Assembly (NCBI GenBank): GCA_017609205.1
Contig: JAFCEL010000001.1
Location: forward strand, 270,001-302,000
Direction: 5' to 3'
DNA: 32,000 nucleotides
DNA from: Candidatus Saccharimonadota bacterium
GTDB taxonomy: Archaea; Nanobdellota; Nanobdellia; Pacearchaeales; GW2011-AR1
In this document: positions 6,546 to 15,648 of the stretch, piece after piece
Numbering within the stretch: position 1 is the first letter of the stretch
How the letters are laid out: each line of letters opens with the position of its first letter
The notes under the pieces: generated by a model
What the model saw: the letters and a program-made list of their open reading frames with translations, nothing else
Told to the model about the DNA's origin: nothing
The model's database searches: none
Position numbers and translations under genes: made by a program

Positions 6546-9368
6546 ATGGATAAAAACAAAACAGAAATAGAGGGGGAAAAGGATATTGCTGAAGGAGACA
6601 GCAACAACAAAAAAATAAAAATTGAAAAGGACAAGAACGAAACCATAACCAATAAAAAATCCAAAGAAGAACAAAAAATAATCAATTTCTTCAAAAGTAA
6701 AAAAGGGCAATGGATTGGTGTTGGAATTTTGCTATTATTCATAATTATTTTCAGCTCATGGATAAGAGTTCAGAATTTATCTTTGCTTGTGGATTCTACG
6801 ACAGGAGAATATATTCCAACAGCTCTTGACCCTTTTTATTTTCTGAGAATTGCTGATACTCTTGTTAATAACGGAGGAGAACTTCCAGTAATCGACGAAA
6901 TGAGACATCCAGGAGGAAATGTTCCATTCATAAAAGAGATTCTGCCACAAGCGATTGTCTTAATATGGAAAATTTCAAAGATATGCGGAGATTATAGTTT
7001 ACAATATATCGACGTTATTTCTCCTGTTATATTTTATATATTGGGATTAATAGCATTCTTTTTTCTAATTTATGTTCTAACCAACTCAAAGATAGTTGCC
7101 ATCTTAAGCTCCTTTTTTCTTTCGATAATCCCTTCATACCTTTATAGAACAATGGCTGGTTTTGCAGACCATGAAGCAATAGGTATGTTCTCATTTTTTT
7201 TGACATTAATAGCTTATACTTATTCCTTAAGATTCTTAGATAAAGATAGGAATTACAAAAAACAATTAGCAAAAAACATTGGTTTTTCTATGCTCCTGGG
7301 GATTTTGACAGCTTTAACCATTTTAAGCTGGGGAGGTGTTTCAACATATCTCTTCATGATAATCCCATTTTGTTTTTTTATATTCTGGATTATTAAAGTA
7401 AAAGAGAATAAGCGCTATCTGGCTAACCTTATTCTATTCTATTCTGGTTGGTTATTTTTCTCAATTATTTTTGGATCTCTAACAGGGAATAAAATAACTT
7501 ACCTAATTCAATCAAAATTATTAAGTTCAAGCGGATTGGGAAGCTTATTTGTCTTAGGATTCATTATTGTAGATTATTTATTAATAACAAAAGAAAGTCT
7601 ATTAATAAAAGATAAAAGAATAAAGAAATTTAGAATCTTTTTTAGTTTAATTATAGTAAGTATCTTAGGTCTTTTATTTCTCGTTATTTACAAACAAGAT
7701 TTTGGAGTTTTAGCAGATATTTTTAACAGACTCCTCCATCCCTTTGGAACAGATAGGGTTGGATTAACTGTTGCAGAAAACAAACAACCATATTTAAGAG
7801 ATTGGATAGATCAAATAGGAAAAACCATTTTCTTATTATTTTATTTTGGACTATTATTTATTGGATTCAATCTATCTAAAGGTCTAAGAAGTAAAAAAGA
7901 TTCGATTTATTTTTCTATCTTTTGGACAATCTTTATCTCAGGAATTCTATTCAGCAGAATCTCCCGCTCTTCAATGATAGATGGAACAAATCCCCTAAGT
8001 AAATTCATCTACTTCGGAAGTATAATTCTTTTTGCAGGATATTTTTTAAAAATTTACCTTAATAAAGAAATAAAAGTTAAGCCAGAGATGATGATAATCT
8101 CCTCATGGATGTTCTTTATGCTAATATCTGGAAGAGGTGCAATAAGATTATTTTTTGTTGTGACACCTTTTATTTGTTTTATGTCTGCTTATTCTTTGAA
8201 AAATTTTTATGATTATTCGAAAAAAAGCAAGGATGAATTACTAAAGATGGTATTATATCTCTCCCTAGGATTGGGATGTTTGCTAGTCATAATAAGTTCT
8301 ATGAGTTTTATCGAAATTTCCAAAACACAGGCAAAATATACTGGTCCTTCTGCGAATTTGCAATGGCAGGAAGCTATGAAATGGGTAAGAGAAAATACAA
8401 ATGAAAAAGATATTTTTGCTCATTGGTGGGATTATGGTTATTGGATTCAATATCTTGGAAAAAGACCAACAATTCACGATGGAGGACATCCTTATCGTGG
8501 AAGCAACCATCTTGTAGGAAGATATGTCTTAACAACCCCTTATCCTGAGACAGCATATAGTTTCCTTAAAACAAATAATGTTTCCTATCTATTAATAGAT
8601 CCTACTGACTTAGGAAAATATGGAGCATACAGTTCAATAGGGAGTGATGAGAATTGGGACAGAGTCACTAATATTCCAATTATGAGTTCTTCATCAAGTC
8701 AAATTAAGGAGACTTCCACAGGAGAAATAAGAGTCTATAAAGGAGGGTATGGTGTAGAAGATGACATTATATATAAGATTAATAATAGTGAAATCTTTAT
8801 TCCAGGAGCAACTTACAACGAAATTGGGGAGGCTAATTACAAAGCCGCAATAGGAGGTATTTTATTGGAAATAAACAAAGAAAATAACAAAATATCATTT
8901 AAACCACCAAAAGGGGTATTTATTTATAATGGAAAACAAATAACAATTCCTCTTCGATATCTCTATTATAGAAACCAGACTATAGACTTTGGAGAAGGTC
9001 TGAATGCAGGAGTGAAGATACTCCCAACAGGACATCAATCGCCAACTGGATTTGAACTTGATGATTTTGGTTCGCTTATTTACCTATCCCCAAGGACAAT
9101 AAATAGTCTTTTTGTTCAGATGTATCTACTAAATGACCCAAATAAGAAGTACAGTGAGATGAAACTGGTTCATTCAGAAAATAGCCCCATTATAAAAAGT
9201 CTTCGAAAATATGGTATGAATCCAGGAGAATTTTTAAATTTCCAAGGATTTCAAGGACCAATTAAAATATGGAAAGTTGATTATCCAGAAAATATAATAA
9301 CCCACGAGGAGTTTTTACATCCCACAGGAAAATATGCAGAATTTGATAATCTAACATTTGTAAAATGA
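6546..9368 (+). CDS. aglB: Archaeal oligosaccharyltransferase AglB (STT3 family)
   Basis: 940 aa. The N-terminal half is multi-TM with ALDPFYFLR and GFADHEAIG acidic loop motifs. A canonical WWDYGYWI motif is encoded at 8424-8447, followed by a large soluble C-terminal domain. Confidence 0.95.
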   Translation: MDKNKTEIEGEKDIAEGDSNNKKIKIEKDKNETITNKKSKEEQKIINFFKSKKGQWIGVGILLLFIIIFSSWIRVQNLSLLVDSTTGEYIPTALDPFYFLRIADTLVNNGGELPVIDEMRHPGGNVPFIKEILPQAIVLIWKISKICGDYSLQYIDVISPVIFYILGLIAFFFLIYVLTNSKIVAILSSFFLSIIPSYLYRTMAGFADHEAIGMFSFFLTLIAYTYSLRFLDKDRNYKKQLAKNIGFSMLLGILTALTILSWGGVSTYLFMIIPFCFFIFWIIKVKENKRYLANLILFYSGWLFFSIIFGSLTGNKITYLIQSKLLSSSGLGSLFVLGFIIVDYLLITKESLLIKDKRIKKFRIFFSLIIVSILGLLFLVIYKQDFGVLADIFNRLLHPFGTDRVGLTVAENKQPYLRDWIDQIGKTIFLLFYFGLLFIGFNLSKGLRSKKDSIYFSIFWTIFISGILFSRISRSSMIDGTNPLSKFIYFGSIILFAGYFLKIYLNKEIKVKPEMMIISSWMFFMLISGRGAIRLFFVVTPFICFMSAYSLKNFYDYSKKSKDELLKMVLYLSLGLGCLLVIISSMSFIEISKTQAKYTGPSANLQWQEAMKWVRENTNEKDIFAHWWDYGYWIQYLGKRPTIHDGGHPYRGSNHLVGRYVLTTPYPETAYSFLKTNNVSYLLIDPTDLGKYGAYSSIGSDENWDRVTNIPIMSSSSSQIKETSTGEIRVYKGGYGVEDDIIYKINNSEIFIPGATYNEIGEANYKAAIGGILLEINKENNKISFKPPKGVFIYNGKQITIPLRYLYYRNQTIDFGEGLNAGVKILPTGHQSPTGFELDDFGSLIYLSPRTINSLFVQMYLLNDPNKKYSEMKLVHSENSPIIKSLRKYGMNPGEFLNFQGFQGPIKIWKVDYPENIITHEEFLHPTGKYAEFDNLTFVK

Positions 9369-9709
9369 AAGTTGATGTTTTGATAATATTCATTGTTTTG
9401 TTTTGTGCATTACTAGGAGCAGCAGGACAGATATTGTTCAAAATAGCCTCTAATAAATTCTCATTTAATCCTCTTATGTGGATTACAAATTTCCCCTTAA
9501 TTATGGCGGTCTTTTTATATGGTTTATCAGCAATACTATTTGTATGGAGTCTAAAATATGGTGATGTATCAATTATATATCCTATTTTCGCTACAAGCTA
9601 TGTATGGGTGTGTTTTTTTGCATACTGGTATCTTGGGGAACCTCTTTCAGAATTAAAAGTAATTGGAACTTTAATGATTATCCTCGGTATATTTTTAATA
9701 GTAAAGTAA
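9365..9709 (+). CDS. Small 4-TM DMT/SMR-like (EamA half-domain, ArnE/ArnF/GtrA-like) membrane protein; candidate polyprenyl-phosphate-sugar flippase
   Basis: 114 aa with four hydrophobic segments. GAAGQILFKIA and YLGEPLSELKVIGTLMIILGIFLI resemble EamA/SMR repeats. The start overlaps the aglB stop (ATGA at 9365-9368). Confidence 0.6.
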   Translation: MKVDVLIIFIVLFCALLGAAGQILFKIASNKFSFNPLMWITNFPLIMAVFLYGLSAILFVWSLKYGDVSIIYPIFATSYVWVCFFAYWYLGEPLSELKVIGTLMIILGIFLIVK

Positions 9710-9710
9710 A

Positions 9711-11123
9711 ATGAATAAAAAAGAGATGATTGATTTTTTTGATGAACGTGCAAAAGAGAGAGATAAGTGGCGAAGAAAAAATAGATACTATTATGAAGAA
9801 CTTGAAAAATTGCTTAAATTTATTGTTGGAGAAAAGAAATCCATACTAGAGATAGGATGTGGTACTGGAGAAACATTGAACAATCTTCATCCTATTGAAG
9901 GATGGGGAATTGACTTCAGTGAAAAGATGATTGCAACTGCAAAAAAGAAGTTTAAGCATATGAATTTCAAAGTTGCTGATGCTGAAAATTATAGAATAAA
10001 CAAAAAATTTGATTTTATAATCCTCACTGACACAATTAACCTATTTGAAGATGTGCAAAAAGTATTTACACATATAAGAAAAGAATCTTGTAAGCCAGAA
10101 ACGAGAGTAATTTTAACATTTCATAATCCTTTTTGGGAGCCTGTTTTAAACCTCGCTGAAAGATTAAAATTGAAAATGCCAAACCCCCTTCAAAATTGGC
10201 TTTCAGCAGAGGATATAAAAAACCTATTAGAATTATCAGATTTTGAAACAATTAAGGAAGGGCAGAGAATTTTAATTCCAAGGAATATTCCTTTCTTATC
10301 TAGCATCTTTAATAAATATTTATCTCAATTACCAATTCTAAGAAAACTTTGTTTTTTCAATTATATTGTGGCAAGACCCAAAGGATTAAGAAACAAGGTT
10401 GAAAAATCTTGTTCAGTGATAATTCCTGCAAGAAACGAGGCAGGCAATATAGAAAGGGCAATAGAAGAGATGCCAAGATTGTGTAAAAACATGGAGATTA
10501 TTTTCGTTGAAGGGGGCTCAACTGACAATACTTATCAGGAAATAAAAAGAGTTGCAAAGAAATACAAGGGAAAATGGAATATAAAATATATGAAACAGGA
10601 CGGTATTGGAAAGGGAAATGCTGTGAGAAAAGGGTTTGATTCTGCAAAAGGAGATATACTGATGATACTCGACGCTGATTTAACAGTTCCACCAAAAGAT
10701 TTAACTAAATTCTACAATGCAATGAAAGAAGACAAAGGTGAATTCATCAATGGAACACGACTCGTTTATCCAATGGAAAAAGAAGCTATGAGAACATTAA
10801 ACAAAATAGGAAATAAAATATTCAGCATAATATTTACATGGCTTTTAGGACAGAGATTCAAAGATACTCTTTGCGGAACAAAAGTCCTATACAAAAAAGA
10901 TTATGAAGAACTTAAAAAAAATAGAAAATATTTTGGAGAATTCGATCCCTTCGGAGATTTTGATTTAATATTCGGTGCTTCAAAAATGAATCTCAAAATT
11001 GTTGAAGTTCCAATAAGATACAGGGAAAGAACCTATGGGGACACCAATATAAGCAGATTCAAACACGGATGGCTGCTCTTGAAAATGAGTCTCTTCGCAA
11101 TGAGAAAGATAAAATTCTTTTAA
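9711..11123 (+). CDS. Bifunctional class I SAM-methyltransferase / GT2 glycosyltransferase (Dpm1/ArnC/GtrB-like polyprenyl-phosphate sugar synthase domain)
   Basis: The N-terminal half has SAM motif I ILEIGCGTGE and FDFIILTD. The C-terminal half has SVIIPARNEAGNI, FVEGGSTDNT, ILDADL (DxD) and the RFKDTLCGTKV blocks of GT2 enzymes. Confidence 0.85.
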   Translation: MNKKEMIDFFDERAKERDKWRRKNRYYYEELEKLLKFIVGEKKSILEIGCGTGETLNNLHPIEGWGIDFSEKMIATAKKKFKHMNFKVADAENYRINKKFDFIILTDTINLFEDVQKVFTHIRKESCKPETRVILTFHNPFWEPVLNLAERLKLKMPNPLQNWLSAEDIKNLLELSDFETIKEGQRILIPRNIPFLSSIFNKYLSQLPILRKLCFFNYIVARPKGLRNKVEKSCSVIIPARNEAGNIERAIEEMPRLCKNMEIIFVEGGSTDNTYQEIKRVAKKYKGKWNIKYMKQDGIGKGNAVRKGFDSAKGDILMILDADLTVPPKDLTKFYNAMKEDKGEFINGTRLVYPMEKEAMRTLNKIGNKIFSIIFTWLLGQRFKDTLCGTKVLYKKDYEELKKNRKYFGEFDPFGDFDLIFGASKMNLKIVEVPIRYRERTYGDTNISRFKHGWLLLKMSLFAMRKIKFF

Positions 11124-12599
11124 TCATTGAATACCAATATTCGTCACATTAAGAAGAATTGTATAACGGTCTTTATATTCCTCCTTTTTAACCAAACTTG
11201 TTTGTAAAACTAATGATTTCCCAGAACTTAATGGAATTCTTATTGTCCCTTTTTCACCATTTAAAAAAGGCTCAGTTATCCATGTATGAAGTGTATCTGC
11301 AAAAAGAAAAGTTTTCTCGACTAGAGAAGGATTTTGTAAAAGATTATTCAATCCGTCTCCATAATAAATTATTTTTTCTCTTGGAAGATACATTGAGTAA
11401 ACTGCAATATCTGGAACAAAATAAATTGAATTCTCTGGAAGAGTTTGATTTGCCCATTCTGAAACATGTTTTATAGAAGCATATCTATCCAAAGTCTTAA
11501 TCGTTGTTTCATGATTGATTACTCCACTAAAAAAGATAAATAATTGAGATAAAATAATAAGCGATAAGATTATTGAAATAAAAACAAAACTCTTTTTTCT
11601 TGTTTTGAATCTTCTGGCAACGTTAATTATTCCAAAAGAAGAAAATAAACAGATAACAGGAAGGATTCCTACATAAAACCTAAATACCCCTCCTCCCCAC
11701 CAGCTAGCATGAAGGATAAAATAAAAAATAAACCAGACTAAAAAAGTTAATATCTCTTTATTTCTACTTTTAATCAAACAGAAAATTCCAAATAAAGCAA
11801 ATAAAGGGAAGACAAATCCTAATTCAAAAAATAATTTTCCAAAGGCAAAAAAAGATAAAATACCTTCAAAACTTCTATTGTAATAAGAAGTATAAAAAGG
11901 GTTTCCAAATGCTAAAAAATTTCTTAAACACCATGAAAGAAACATAAACAAACCCAAAAGAATTCCAACTATTATTTTATCTGAGAAGATTATTTTTTTT
12001 GTTTTATTCCAATTAACAAATGAATAAAATAACATTGGGAAAATCAGAAAAAATCCAGCATACCTCACAAGACAAGAAAAAGCAATTACAGGAAAAGCAA
12101 ATACAAAATAATTAGGATTTTCAAATCCTCTAATAAAAAGATATAATCCTAGAAGTGAAAAAAACATAAAAGGTATTTCGGTCATAACAGAGACTGTATT
12201 GAATATGAAAAGATTATGGAACATCAATAAGATGACTGCAACCAACCCAACCAAAGGCGAATAAATTTTTCCAATTTTATAAGTTATCAGAATGGTTAAA
12301 AGAGAAAAAAGTCCAACAACTATCAATCCTGCAATATGAATATTCTTAACCATTAAATACAAGGGTAAAAGCAATAGAGAAAATCCTGGAGGATATTGTC
12401 CAAAGGGGGTTCTTCCGTCCAGAGAATATTTACTCTCAGATACAATATTTTTAGTCAAAGACATGTACCAATGACTGTCCTGTGCCCATTGGGTTTCAAT
12501 TGCCGAGGATAAAACAAGAAAATAAACAAAAACCACCGAACAAATTATTATTAAAATCTTTCTCTCATGTTTGAGAATAAAATTATTAATCTCCCCCAT
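11124..12599 (-). CDS. GT-C fold membrane glycosyltransferase (ArnT/PMT_2, GT39/GT83-like)
   Basis: 491 aa with about 11-12 TM segments. The first external loop has QDSHWYMSL...GQYPPGFSLLLLPLYL, typical of ArnT/PMT-type enzymes. A soluble C-terminal domain of about 130 aa follows. It is convergent and abutting with the GT2 gene (stops at 11121-11123 and 11124-11126). Confidence 0.75.
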   Translation of the reverse strand: MGEINNFILKHERKILIIICSVVFVYFLVLSSAIETQWAQDSHWYMSLTKNIVSESKYSLDGRTPFGQYPPGFSLLLLPLYLMVKNIHIAGLIVVGLFSLLTILITYKIGKIYSPLVGLVAVILLMFHNLFIFNTVSVMTEIPFMFFSLLGLYLFIRGFENPNYFVFAFPVIAFSCLVRYAGFFLIFPMLFYSFVNWNKTKKIIFSDKIIVGILLGLFMFLSWCLRNFLAFGNPFYTSYYNRSFEGILSFFAFGKLFFELGFVFPLFALFGIFCLIKSRNKEILTFLVWFIFYFILHASWWGGGVFRFYVGILPVICLFSSFGIINVARRFKTRKKSFVFISIILSLIILSQLFIFFSGVINHETTIKTLDRYASIKHVSEWANQTLPENSIYFVPDIAVYSMYLPREKIIYYGDGLNNLLQNPSLVEKTFLFADTLHTWITEPFLNGEKGTIRIPLSSGKSLVLQTSLVKKEEYKDRYTILLNVTNIGIQ

Positions 12600-12649
12600 T
12601 TGTCTAATTAAAGAATAAACTATAAAAAGTCTTTGGAATTTTTATTGGG

Positions 12650-13153
12650 ATGAAACTTAACTTGGGTTGTGGACCTAATAAAAAAGAAGGTTACTTAAAT
12701 TGCGACATATCAAAAGAAGTGAATCCTGATAAAATAGTGGACTTGGAGAAAAAATTACCTTTCAAAGACAATTCTGTAGAAGAAATATTTGCAAGCCATG
12801 TTTTAGAGCACATTAAAAATCTCCTCCCGTTATTTTCTGAATTTTATAGAATTTGCAAAAATGGAGCTATTCTAAAAATCAAGGTTCCTTATTTTTCGCA
12901 TGAATCTGCCTTCTCAAATATGACCCATGTCAGATTTTTTACTTGGACGACTTTTGACTTTCTCGACGAGAAACATTCTGAACATTGGCAAGGAGTCGGA
13001 AATTTTAAAATAATAAAGAAAAAATTAAGGTGGAGAAAACAATTAAAATTCCTAGAATACATCTTTGGAAAATTCCCAAGAATATATCAAGAATTATTCT
13101 GTTGGTGGTTTCCTGCAAAAGAGTTGGTTGTTGAATTAAAAGTAATAAAATGA
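12650..13153 (+). CDS. Class I SAM-dependent methyltransferase (Methyltransf_11-like)
   Basis: LNLGCGPNKKEGYLNCD (motif I) and FASHVLEHI...NGAILKIKVP (post-I/II motifs). Confidence 0.7.
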   Translation: MKLNLGCGPNKKEGYLNCDISKEVNPDKIVDLEKKLPFKDNSVEEIFASHVLEHIKNLLPLFSEFYRICKNGAILKIKVPYFSHESAFSNMTHVRFFTWTTFDFLDEKHSEHWQGVGNFKIIKKKLRWRKQLKFLEYIFGKFPRIYQELFCWWFPAKELVVELKVIK

Positions 13154-14265
13154 AAGAAATAAAAGTATATATGCAATTCCCTTGGAAATTTGGAGATTCC
13201 AATTACTATAAATATTTACTTGAATATCCTCCAGAAAAGATTGAATATATCAGCAATATAAAACATTTGGGAAATATAACGAGCAAAAAGAAGTTTAAAA
13301 TCAATGATTTTATTAAGCAGAATATCAAGAAAGTTTTAAGATGGACTTATCCTTCAATTCCTAATGCCCATTTAACACGATGTAACAAGAGTTATGATCT
13401 GATTCATTGTGCGCATTGTTTATCCTTAAATAAAAATAAACCATGGATTTGTGATATAGAGTATCCAGGACAATTTTGGGCAGCACCGAGAAGAAAAGGA
13501 GTATATCCTAACAAAAAAAGAGTCTATAAAATCCTAAAATCAACTCATTGCAAAAAAATTCTTTCATGGACTGAATGGGGAAAAAAAGAAATCCTAAGGC
13601 TATTCCCTGAATTAGAAAATAAAATTGAAGTGATGCATTATGCCCTGCCAATTAGGAATATCTCTAAGAAAAAAAAAGATAAAATCAATTTAACATTTAT
13701 TTCAAGAAGATTTTATTTCAAAGGCGGTCTGCATGCCGTAGAGATTATTGATAGATTAACAAAGAAATACAATGAAGTAGAGGGAATTATTGTCTCGGAT
13801 ATTCCTAAAGAGATTTTAGACAGATATTCTAAAAATAAGAAAATAAAATTTTATGATATATTACCCTATGAAAAAATTATGAATGAAATTTTTCCAAAAA
13901 CAGATATTTTCATTTATCCTTCTTATACAGATACTTATGGCTTTCTTGTAGTTGAAGCACAATCCTTTGGTATTCCTGTTATTACTGTTGGTGGGCAGTC
14001 AAGAGAAGAATTAGTTAAAAAAAATGTTGCAGGTTTTATAATAAAAGAACCAAAAAAATGGCATGTAAATAATCTTCTAGAAATAGAAACATTAAAAGAC
14101 ATTATTAGTGAAATGGAGGAAAAAACAGAATTACTAATTAATGATCAAAAATTGAGAGAGAAAATGGGTGCTGCAGGATTAAAGGAAGTTAAAGATGGAA
14201 AATTTTCAATCAAGAAAAGAAATGAAAGATTGTATAGAATTTATCTCGAATCTTTAGAAAATTAG
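13150..14265 (+). CDS. GT-B fold glycosyltransferase (GT4-like)
   Basis: The C-terminal block DIFIYPSYTDTYGFLVVEAQSFGIPVIT...GFII is the E-x7-E region of GT4 enzymes. The ATGA overlap with the upstream methyltransferase is at 13150-13153. Confidence 0.75.
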   Translation: MKEIKVYMQFPWKFGDSNYYKYLLEYPPEKIEYISNIKHLGNITSKKKFKINDFIKQNIKKVLRWTYPSIPNAHLTRCNKSYDLIHCAHCLSLNKNKPWICDIEYPGQFWAAPRRKGVYPNKKRVYKILKSTHCKKILSWTEWGKKEILRLFPELENKIEVMHYALPIRNISKKKKDKINLTFISRRFYFKGGLHAVEIIDRLTKKYNEVEGIIVSDIPKEILDRYSKNKKIKFYDILPYEKIMNEIFPKTDIFIYPSYTDTYGFLVVEAQSFGIPVITVGGQSREELVKKNVAGFIIKEPKKWHVNNLLEIETLKDIISEMEEKTELLINDQKLREKMGAAGLKEVKDGKFSIKKRNERLYRIYLESLEN

Positions 14266-15020
14266 GTTTTCTTACAAAGATAAATCTTTTCATTAGAAAA
14301 TAATCCATACTTCTTAATAAGTTTTTCATTAAGTCTACTAAGGTAATCAATAATTCTCACTTTGAACCCCGAAAGAGATAATTTTCCCTTATAATCTTGC
14401 CCATAAATTCTTAATGCCTCAGGATATCCCAGCAATTTAGATCTTTTCTTGCGATCTTTAGTCGTGAAATCTTCAAATGTTTTTTTAAGGTTTTCATTTA
14501 TGGGAACCTGAAGTAGTGCCCAACCCTTTTTCTTCAAAACCCTATAAATCTCTTGCATTGCTTTTTTATCATCAGGAACTTCCTGCAATACGTGATTGCA
14601 AATAATTACATCAAAGGAATTATCTTTAAAGGGGATATTAGTTATATCAAAGTGATATCTCGCAGAGGGATGACTTAAATCCGCAGTAACATAATTAATT
14701 TTCTTTAATTTTGATAAATTTTTTTGAAAAATATATTCTGGAGCAAAATGCAAAACATCTAATTTATCTGTAAAAAGATTTGTCTCATTTTTCAAATATA
14801 ACCATAGAAGTCTATGTCGAGATAATGCTGCACAACCAGGACACATATCATTCTGTGAACCAGCATAATCTAAAAACTTTCTAAAAGACCTTTCACAACA
14901 AGGACAAAAGAGTTTATTTCCTTTATAGAAAAAATATCTGAGATTATAAAAAATATCTTTAATTAAAGGCAATGCTTTTGGTGGAATAAAATCCCTGATT
15001 AAAAGCCGTTTTTTCTTCAT
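14262..15020 (-). CDS. SAM-dependent methyltransferase with N-terminal CxxC...CxxC zinc ribbon
   Basis: CPCCERSF...CPGCAALSRHR is followed by VLHFAPE, FDVIICNHVLQEVPDDKKAMQEIYRVLKKKGWALLQVP (Methyltransf_11-like). Confidence 0.75.
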   Translation of the reverse strand: MKKKRLLIRDFIPPKALPLIKDIFYNLRYFFYKGNKLFCPCCERSFRKFLDYAGSQNDMCPGCAALSRHRLLWLYLKNETNLFTDKLDVLHFAPEYIFQKNLSKLKKINYVTADLSHPSARYHFDITNIPFKDNSFDVIICNHVLQEVPDDKKAMQEIYRVLKKKGWALLQVPINENLKKTFEDFTTKDRKKRSKLLGYPEALRIYGQDYKGKLSLSGFKVRIIDYLSRLNEKLIKKYGLFSNEKIYLCKKT

Positions 15021-15096
15021 CAGAATACCTAAAAAACAGAGTATAAAAAAATATTGATTCAGAAAAATTTATTAATCAGACATTACCAAAGTAATA

Positions 15097-15636
15097 ATGA
15101 GTGGAAAGAGATTTTTTAAACATGTTTCAAAAATGCTCAGAATAATTCTTGTGAAGTTTAAACCATTAACAGTTCATACAGAAGCTGTTTTTTACGATGA
15201 AGTATGGAAAGAAATAAAAAAGAAGATACTTGAAAAAAAAGTCTTAAAATGGTATGTGATGACTCCAGAAAATTATGATTATCTTAAGGGCTATTTTAAT
15301 TTCAGCCTATCAAAGAAACATCTTTCAGAGATAATGAAGAAGAGGTATTTGGAGATGATAAAGCAAGGAGAAAAATTAGAACTGCATATTCACTTACATC
15401 CAATCATGAAAATTAGTGTGAGAGAACAAGAAGAACTCATAAAAAAAAGTGTGCAATGGTTTAAATCTGCTCTTGGATACCCCCCGAGGGAGATTGTCTT
15501 TGGATGGTGGAGATGGAATGAAAACAGCGAAGAAATAGCAGAGAAATATCACTTGAAGATTATAAAATTTGATGATTACAATTCAATTCATGATTATGAT
15601 TGGGTGATTAAATGTAAAGGAGAGTCTTATCTGTAA
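15097..15636 (+). CDS. Hypothetical protein, weakly polysaccharide-deacetylase (CE4)-like
   Basis: 179 aa. LTVHTE, LELHIHLHP and LGYPPREIVFGWWRWN resemble the metal-binding His and substrate-groove blocks of deacetylase-fold proteins. The functional call is tentative. Confidence 0.35.
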   Translation: MSGKRFFKHVSKMLRIILVKFKPLTVHTEAVFYDEVWKEIKKKILEKKVLKWYVMTPENYDYLKGYFNFSLSKKHLSEIMKKRYLEMIKQGEKLELHIHLHPIMKISVREQEELIKKSVQWFKSALGYPPREIVFGWWRWNENSEEIAEKYHLKIIKFDDYNSIHDYDWVIKCKGESYL

Positions 15637-15648
15637 ATAGAGAACACA

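Noticed and set aside
13672-13686. Homopolymeric A/T runs inside coding genes as possible phase-variation switches (e.g. A9 in the GT4 gene at ~13675, T9 at ~4088, A8 at ~1017)
   Set aside because: Such runs are everywhere in this Lys-rich, AT-rich genome, including in essential genes (uL15, the eIF-2B-like gene). They are not specific to surface or glycan genes.
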